Of a DNA stretch of 64,000 nucleotides, positions 58,186-64,000 are shown piece by piece. The notes under the pieces are model-generated. The model ran no database searches. It saw only the letters and a program-made list of their open reading frames with translations, and had not been told where the DNA came from. Numbering within the stretch: the stretch's first letter is position 1; the number at the start of each line of letters is the position of its first letter. The position numbers and the translations under genes were made by a program. Source of the stretch: Nibricoccus sp. (GTDB taxonomy: Bacteria; Verrucomicrobiota; Verrucomicrobiia; Opitutales; Opitutaceae); the NCBI GenBank assembly GCA_047602425.1, contig JASGHG010000001.1:896001-960000 (forward strand). Direction: 5' to 3'.

Positions 58186-60872
58186 TTGTAGGAAAAAGTG
58201 AATTCGTTTTCGTTCGCGCTAAGCTGAACTTTTTTCAACGGGGTGCCGGTGCTGATCCGCGACAGGACTTCGCGTGCGATTTCGGGCAATATTTCCTGCG
58301 TGATCAGTCCCTCGACGATGCGGGCCCCGCGTTCGAGTTCGCCGCAGCGTTTGCCGATAAGCGTGAGCACATTCTTGTCATAGGTTAGCGGTATCCCGTG
58401 GTTCTCTTGAATACGCTTCCCCACGCGAACGAGGTTCAACTCGATGATCTTGTGCAACGTCGACTGGGAAATCGGCGCATAAGGCACCACCACGAGCCGG
58501 TTCAGCAATGCGTCCGGAAAAACTTTCATCAATGGCTGGCGCAGCGCTGACTCGATCGCCGCCTGCGTCGGCACGAGTTCTGGATCCTTGCAGAGGTTTA
58601 CGATCACATCCTGCGCCGTGTTGCTGGTCAGAAGGATGAGCGTGTTTTTAAAATCGATGAAGCGCCCCTCGGCATCCTCCATGAAACCTTTGTCGAAGAC
58701 CTGGAAGAAAATTTCGTGCACATCCGTGTGCGCTTTTTCAACCTCGTCGAGCAACACGACGCTGTAGGGCTGGCGACGGACGGCCTCGGTCAAAACGCCG
58801 CCTTCTCCGTAACCCACGTAACCCGGAGGCGATCCCTTGAGTGTGCTCACGGTGTGCGCCTCCTGGAATTCGCTCATGTTGATCGTGATGAGTTTTTGTT
58901 CACCGCCAAAAAGTGCCTCGGCCAGCGCCAGCGCGGTCTCGGTCTTTCCCGTACCACTCGGTCCCACCAGCATAAAAACTCCTACCGGACGGTTCGGGTT
59001 GTCGAGTTTTGCGCGGCTGCTCTGGATGCGGCGCACAATGGTTTCCAGCGCGGACCGCTGGCCCAATACGCGTTGCTCCAGCGTTTCCGTCAGACGCAGC
59101 ACGCGCTCCACTTCGTTTTTGACCATGCGGCCCACCGGAATGCCCGTCCAGTCTGCCACCACATCGGCAATGGCGAATTGGTCAACTTGCGGCCAGATCA
59201 TCGGCGACTCGCCTTGAAGTTTTTGCAGTTCGGCGCGAAGCGACAAAATATCGCCTTGGGAGCCAGCGGATTTTTTCTGCGCTTTTGTCGCTTTGCCGCG
59301 CTTGGCTGGAGCGATCACTGCAGCAGCCGGCGCAGCGGTCGTCAGGGAGCCAGCGTTCTGGACCGTCAACAACCGGTCGACCAGCGTCTTCTCTTGCCGC
59401 CAGCGGGACTCAATCTTCTCCAGTTCCTGTTTTGCCTCTTTTAATTGGAACTCCAGTTTTCCGCGGCGCTCGGAGTTCTCCCGGGCTTCGCCGGCTTCCC
59501 GTTTTAGAAACGCCAGCTCTGTATTGAGCAATTCGATACGCCGCTTCGCGCTGTCCAATGCGGCAGGGACCGCCTGCTGGCTGAGCGCAACACGTGCGCA
59601 AGCGGTGTCGATCAAACCCACCGCCTTGTCGGGCAATTGCCGCGCAGTGATGTAACGATGCGAAAACCGGACCGCCGCTTCAATCGCTTCATCGAGAATG
59701 CGAACCTTGTGATGCTTCTCAAAATTGAGAGCGACATTGCGCATCATCTGCACGCACTTTTCCTCGCTGGGTTCTTCAACTTTTACGATTTGGAATCTGC
59801 GTGTAAGCGCCGGATCTTTTTCAATGTGCCGCTTATATTCCTGCCACGTGGTCGCTGCGATCGTGCGCAACGAACCGCGTGCGAGCGCCGGCTTCAATAA
59901 GTTCGCGGCGTCGCCCGTGCCCGCGCTGCCTCCGGCACCGATCAAAGTGTGAGCCTCATCGATAAACAAAATGATCGGTTGCGGCGAGGCCTGTACTTCG
60001 TCGATGACGCTGCGCAGCCGTTGTTCGAATTCGCCCTTCATGCTCGCGCCTGCCTGAAGCAGGCCGACGTCGAGTCCGCAAATTCGCACGTCCTTCAGTG
60101 ATGGAGGAACATCGCCCGCCACCACGCGCAAGGCAAGCCCTTCCACCACCGCCGTCTTTCCTACACCAGCCTCTCCCGCCAAAATTGGATTATTCTGACG
60201 GCGGCGCATCAGGATATCCAGGCACAGGCGAATTTCCTCATCGCGACCGATGATCGGGTCGAGTTCGCCTTTGCGTGCCTTGTCCGTGATGTCGGTCGTG
60301 AAGCGTTTCAACGCTTCCTGCTTCGCGTTGCCGGACGGAACCGCCTGGCTGGCCACTCCGGGCGCCGCGCCCGACTGCGACGATGCCAGCCCGTTTTCCT
60401 TCGAACGTTGAAGAATTTTCGCAAATTCCTCCGCCAGCACGTCGGCTTTTATCCGGCCGAATTCGACCGATAGGCCGAGCAGTACGTTTTTCAGCGAAGG
60501 CGTTTTTAGAACGCCCAGCAGCACATGACCGGTACGGATCTGCAATTCGCCGAAAACCAGCGACGCATACGTCCATCCGTGTTCGACTGCTTCATCCAGA
60601 TGGGGTGAGAAATCTGCGATCGCCGTCGCGCCGCGCGGTAAGCAATCCAACGCTTGCGCGAGGTCTTCGTTCAAGCGCCCGAAGTCACAACCAAAATATC
60701 CCGCCACAATAAAAAAGTCCGTATCCGCAGCCGTCAGCATTTCCGCAACCCAATGCGCGAACTCCACGTAGGGATTTCCCCGCTTTTTGCAGAGTACCGT
60801 AGCCGACTCAATCAGCTTGAAGGCGACGGGGTTTAGCTTTCCGAAAAGTGTGGAGCGCTTGATTTCAGACAT
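58182..60872 (-). CDS. clpV: T6SS AAA+ ATPase ClpV/TssH
   Basis: LFGKLN N-terminus, RRRQNNPIL, GEAGVGKT, GPSGTGKTETA, GYGEGGVLTEAVRR. Confidence 0.96.
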   Translation of the reverse strand: MSEIKRSTLFGKLNPVAFKLIESATVLCKKRGNPYVEFAHWVAEMLTAADTDFFIVAGYFGCDFGRLNEDLAQALDCLPRGATAIADFSPHLDEAVEHGWTYASLVFGELQIRTGHVLLGVLKTPSLKNVLLGLSVEFGRIKADVLAEEFAKILQRSKENGLASSQSGAAPGVASQAVPSGNAKQEALKRFTTDITDKARKGELDPIIGRDEEIRLCLDILMRRRQNNPILAGEAGVGKTAVVEGLALRVVAGDVPPSLKDVRICGLDVGLLQAGASMKGEFEQRLRSVIDEVQASPQPIILFIDEAHTLIGAGGSAGTGDAANLLKPALARGSLRTIAATTWQEYKRHIEKDPALTRRFQIVKVEEPSEEKCVQMMRNVALNFEKHHKVRILDEAIEAAVRFSHRYITARQLPDKAVGLIDTACARVALSQQAVPAALDSAKRRIELLNTELAFLKREAGEARENSERRGKLEFQLKEAKQELEKIESRWRQEKTLVDRLLTVQNAGSLTTAAPAAAVIAPAKRGKATKAQKKSAGSQGDILSLRAELQKLQGESPMIWPQVDQFAIADVVADWTGIPVGRMVKNEVERVLRLTETLEQRVLGQRSALETIVRRIQSSRAKLDNPNRPVGVFMLVGPSGTGKTETALALAEALFGGEQKLITINMSEFQEAHTVSTLKGSPPGYVGYGEGGVLTEAVRRQPYSVVLLDEVEKAHTDVHEIFFQVFDKGFMEDAEGRFIDFKNTLILLTSNTAQDVIVNLCKDPELVPTQAAIESALRQPLMKVFPDALLNRLVVVPYAPISQSTLHKIIELNLVRVGKRIQENHGIPLTYDKNVLTLIGKRCGELERGARIVEGLITQEILPEIAREVLSRISTGTPLKKVQLSANENEFTFSYK

Positions 60873-60944
60873 GGAAATGGTGTGGCCGAAGGAAGGGATT
60901 CAAAAGGTTGGTTTGCCGTTTTTTTGTGGTTCCGTTTTTTGTTT

Positions 60945-61934
60945 TCACGCAGCGCGACTTTCGAAAACGACACGACGCAGTTCGTCTTTGGGCGAATCCT
61001 TACCGATCCAGCTGTTATATCCTAATTGGGAGCCATCGCCGAGCTGCACGGCGGGAATTCCCCTACTTTGCACATCGAAGGCGACATCCCAAAAGAAGGT
61101 TTCTCCCACGTAACTTTTCACCCAGCAGCAAAGCCGCTTGAAGGCAGTGCTCCCGGGCTGAAGTTTTTTAAACTGGCTGTAGGACAGCGGTCCCATCAAC
61201 ACGCGCAACGAAAGGCAACCGTCCCATACCGACTCGCCCAGAATCAACGATTCGCCCAGCAGGCCGCTCGAACGCGGTCCGGCTAGTCGCGAGCGGTTTT
61301 CCGGCGGAATTGTCAGCCAACGGCCTTGAAACGGCTGAATCTCGGCTTTGGTTTCGAAAAAATCCCCCAAAATTTTACCAAGGCCTTCGGAAGAACGCGT
61401 CCCGCGGCTCAGCCATCCTGAAAAGTAAAACCTTCCGTTATCAGGAAGTTCGTCGCGGTCCATCAAGCTGTCCTGGCCCTGCCCCACCAGGCTGGCGACA
61501 AAACGGCGGTAGTGACTTTCCTGCGGACGATCCATGTCCACCGCGATATTGTTGTCTGCCCAGGCCCGCGCGAGGAACGACATCATGCGGTGGTGAAACA
61601 GGTTTAAAAACTCCACCATTGTTTCATCTCGATGGTTGTGGAGCCTCTCGTACACGTATTCGGTGTAATTCGTCGGCAGCGGCCCGTTCACGCCGAGCAA
61701 GCCGTGGTAAGCGAGTTTAACTCGTGTCGGCCCGCCTTCCGCCGGCGTCTCCACTGCGTCGATTAAGGCGGTGGGAAATGTCAGCGACGGTGTCTGACCA
61801 AAACGTACGGGCTCGTCCTTCGGCAGGTTGGCGTAACCAATTCTCGGATACGCCACGCCATGACGCTGCAGCAGCCGTACGGCCTGAAAAAACTCGGTGC
61901 GCAGCAAGCTCTCCGATCCGGCTAAGCTCATCAC
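60945..61934 (-). CDS. tssG: T6SS baseplate TssG
   Basis: EFFQAVRLL, RFGQ.PSL.FP, GLLGVNGPLP, F.N.FHHR, LGYNSW. Confidence 0.93.
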   Translation of the reverse strand: MMSLAGSESLLRTEFFQAVRLLQRHGVAYPRIGYANLPKDEPVRFGQTPSLTFPTALIDAVETPAEGGPTRVKLAYHGLLGVNGPLPTNYTEYVYERLHNHRDETMVEFLNLFHHRMMSFLARAWADNNIAVDMDRPQESHYRRFVASLVGQGQDSLMDRDELPDNGRFYFSGWLSRGTRSSEGLGKILGDFFETKAEIQPFQGRWLTIPPENRSRLAGPRSSGLLGESLILGESVWDGCLSLRVLMGPLSYSQFKKLQPGSTAFKRLCCWVKSYVGETFFWDVAFDVQSRGIPAVQLGDGSQLGYNSWIGKDSPKDELRRVVFESRAA

Positions 61935-63829
61935 AACACCCCTTTCTGGCCGGTTCGCGCGGGCCAGCGCATGAGTTCACCGCGTTGCAACGTGGCCACA
62001 ACCGTCTCTGTGAAGGAATTTACCGTCACGTATTTTCCGAGGAAATATTCCAACACACCGCCAAACAGAAATACGCCCGCGCCTTCGAAACATGCTTCGT
62101 CAAAAGTCAGGATCACTTCCAGCCCGCGTGCAAAACACACCGGGCCCGGCGTAAAAATCCGGCGCAGGACCGGCCGGCTTTTAGCTTCGCGCAAACCTTC
62201 AATCTGACGGCGCCCCGCAGCCATCCGTTCTCCCTCGGCACAATAGAGCTCCAGCATCTCGCGCAAGGCCGCGGGGCCTTCGCCAGCCCGACCCTCCAAT
62301 AGCGAAAGATAGTTGAGCGAAAGGTGACTGATCAACTTCCACGCGAAATCTCCCTCGGCTTGTGAGGGCAGCGGCTCCGTGGGATGAACAAGACAGCGCG
62401 TCGCTGTCACTGGTACGCAAACTTCAAGCGTAAAGTCGGTCGAACCACCTCCAACCGCCATCATGGTCGGGAGATGACGATTTGTGCAGAGCGCTTCGAA
62501 GCCCAATTGCCGCAGGGTCGTGGCGACCGGCATATTTCTGCAATCGACGAGCGAGAGGTAGACATCGGTACCGGCACAAGCCGCGCGCTTGTTATGCTCC
62601 TTGAAATAGACTTCTTCCTCTTTCGTCGGCATGCGCGGCACCCGTTTGACGCTGTAAAATGCATCGGAGGCTCCGGTCTCGTGTTGCGTGTGAAAAAACG
62701 GCTTAAACTCCCGCGCCTCGGCCGACTCGGCGCCGTAACCCATGACTTTTTCAAACTCGAAAATCTCGTAATCCAACGGCCGGTTTTGATCCGGACACAC
62801 AAAAACTTCCGCCGCCCGGCCGTTCACCGGCAGACGATCCAGCTTCTGCGAAAACAAATTGATCGCCGGCGTACAGTGTAACTCGAACGAGGAGCTGTCG
62901 AAGCGGTTTTCCAACCGGCCTTCCACGGAGTCGAAAAGTATGGTGATATCGATTGTTTCGCTTTCGCAATTTTTGAGGGCCGATTGGAAACCGCCCAGTT
63001 CCACAAACAAAAATCTCTGCGGAAGCGCGAAATATTCGCGCAACAGCCGGTAGCCTTCAAAACCTCTCGGCGTCGACGGCAGCAATGCCTCCTTGGCCGA
63101 AAATCCCTTGCGCCGGACTCCCTCGCGTCCAAATACGCCGTGCGTGACGGGCCGTTCCCCCTTCTGCTGGGTTTGCACGACGATGGCCGTGGCGTGCCCA
63201 ATCAACAACTCGTAGAGAAGAAAAGGAATTTGGTCGCTTCCGTTCAGATGGATATCCAACGGATCCAGTTTGATCTTGGAGAATGGCAATCCGCCCCCTG
63301 AAGTCAGCCGAAGCCGTAGCGCCGACCGCGCGGAGAGATGCCCCGGCAGTTCCAGCGATGCAAGATTGCGCGTGAAGTATTGCGCCTCCGTCAGGCGAAC
63401 CGGAAGCAGACGGACATCGTGTGCGGTCGTGAAAACGCAACTCGTGCTCTCGCCGCGGGACCGCAGCGATTTCAAACGCGTGCCCCGCGCCAGCAAAACC
63501 CCATCCGCAAGCGCGGTATCCTGCCAGTCGGGATCGAACCGCACAATCGTCATCGATGGCATTGGCGCCAGAAATTGCGGGAAAACAATTTCGAAAAGCG
63601 ACTGCGTAAACCGCGGAAATTCAGCATCGAGTTGCAGATGGATACGTGCCGCCAACCAGGCAAAACCCTCCAAAAGTCGCTCAACATGCGGATCGGGACA
63701 GACCTCCTTGCCGTTCGGATCGAGCGCCAGCCGTGAGGCAATCTTCGGATACTCGCGCGCAAATTCCCCGGACATCTCCCTGAGATGCCGAAGTTCCGTG
63801 TTATAGTGCTCGAGTAGGCGTCGGTCCAT
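61931..63829 (-). CDS. tssF: T6SS baseplate TssF
   Basis: YNTEL..LRE..EFA, DPHVERLLEGFA, GYRLLREYFALP.RF, CTPAINLF, ISHLSLNYL, NSFT. Confidence 0.96.
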   Translation of the reverse strand: MDRRLLEHYNTELRHLREMSGEFAREYPKIASRLALDPNGKEVCPDPHVERLLEGFAWLAARIHLQLDAEFPRFTQSLFEIVFPQFLAPMPSMTIVRFDPDWQDTALADGVLLARGTRLKSLRSRGESTSCVFTTAHDVRLLPVRLTEAQYFTRNLASLELPGHLSARSALRLRLTSGGGLPFSKIKLDPLDIHLNGSDQIPFLLYELLIGHATAIVVQTQQKGERPVTHGVFGREGVRRKGFSAKEALLPSTPRGFEGYRLLREYFALPQRFLFVELGGFQSALKNCESETIDITILFDSVEGRLENRFDSSSFELHCTPAINLFSQKLDRLPVNGRAAEVFVCPDQNRPLDYEIFEFEKVMGYGAESAEAREFKPFFHTQHETGASDAFYSVKRVPRMPTKEEEVYFKEHNKRAACAGTDVYLSLVDCRNMPVATTLRQLGFEALCTNRHLPTMMAVGGGSTDFTLEVCVPVTATRCLVHPTEPLPSQAEGDFAWKLISHLSLNYLSLLEGRAGEGPAALREMLELYCAEGERMAAGRRQIEGLREAKSRPVLRRIFTPGPVCFARGLEVILTFDEACFEGAGVFLFGGVLEYFLGKYVTVNSFTETVVATLQRGELMRWPARTGQKGVL

Positions 63830-64000
63830 GTGCAGGTCAGTTCACGCCAAAATTTAAAGCAGGCCACCGTTCATCACAGGAACGTTCCGCACCATTCACG
63901 AACGATCCGATGTGAGCCGCAGTTCCATCAAACCGTTTTGGCGAGCCGAGTCGAAGTGTTGCCGGGACTTTCATCAGGCCAAGCCTCCCTTAAACTTCTC

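Noticed and set aside
63974..64000. 3' end of an upstream minus-strand gene (EKFKGGLA*), possibly tssE
   Set aside because: Only eight codons visible; cannot be assigned
1..64000. tRNA or rRNA genes
   Set aside because: No cloverleaf or rRNA-like segment recognised by eye; a covariance-model scan was not possible

Overview
GC-rich bacterial chromosomal window; gene content and repeat style suggest Verrucomicrobiota/Opitutaceae (inference only). Four blocks. (1) 1-15.5 kb: surface-glycan locus with SIS/GmhA-like isomerase end, gmhB, transaldolase, a kinase-like/double-GT2 fusion, four polytopic GT-C-like membrane proteins, a SAM methyltransferase, a polyprenol-phosphate GT2 and an NAD-dependent epimerase. 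(2) 15.9-23 kb: GH43, hypothetical proteins and dense short repeats (GTAG REPs, a MITE-like element, a 21-bp-phased AAGGA array). (3) 23.1-33 kb: a complete integron (N-terminally extended IntI, attI, nine cassettes). One attC is interrupted by an IS110/IS1111-family element whose 3' non-coding region contains readable bridge-RNA target and donor guide loops. Two other attCs are hit by group IIC-attC introns, one complete and one 5'-truncated. Housekeeping genes follow (DEAD-box helicase, POT transporter, CvfB, S4 protein). (4) 40.7-64 kb: minus-strand type VI secretion locus (tssF, tssG, clpV, Fha-C-like, tssK, tssL, tssM, tagF-like, GYF_2, pseudokinase-like, tssJ, vgrG, PAAR) with two candidate effector/immunity pairs: a TNT-like NADase with Imm49, and a PAAR-C39-like peptidase with a duplicated-domain exported protein. 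Domain calls come from motif recognition by eye; no searches were run.
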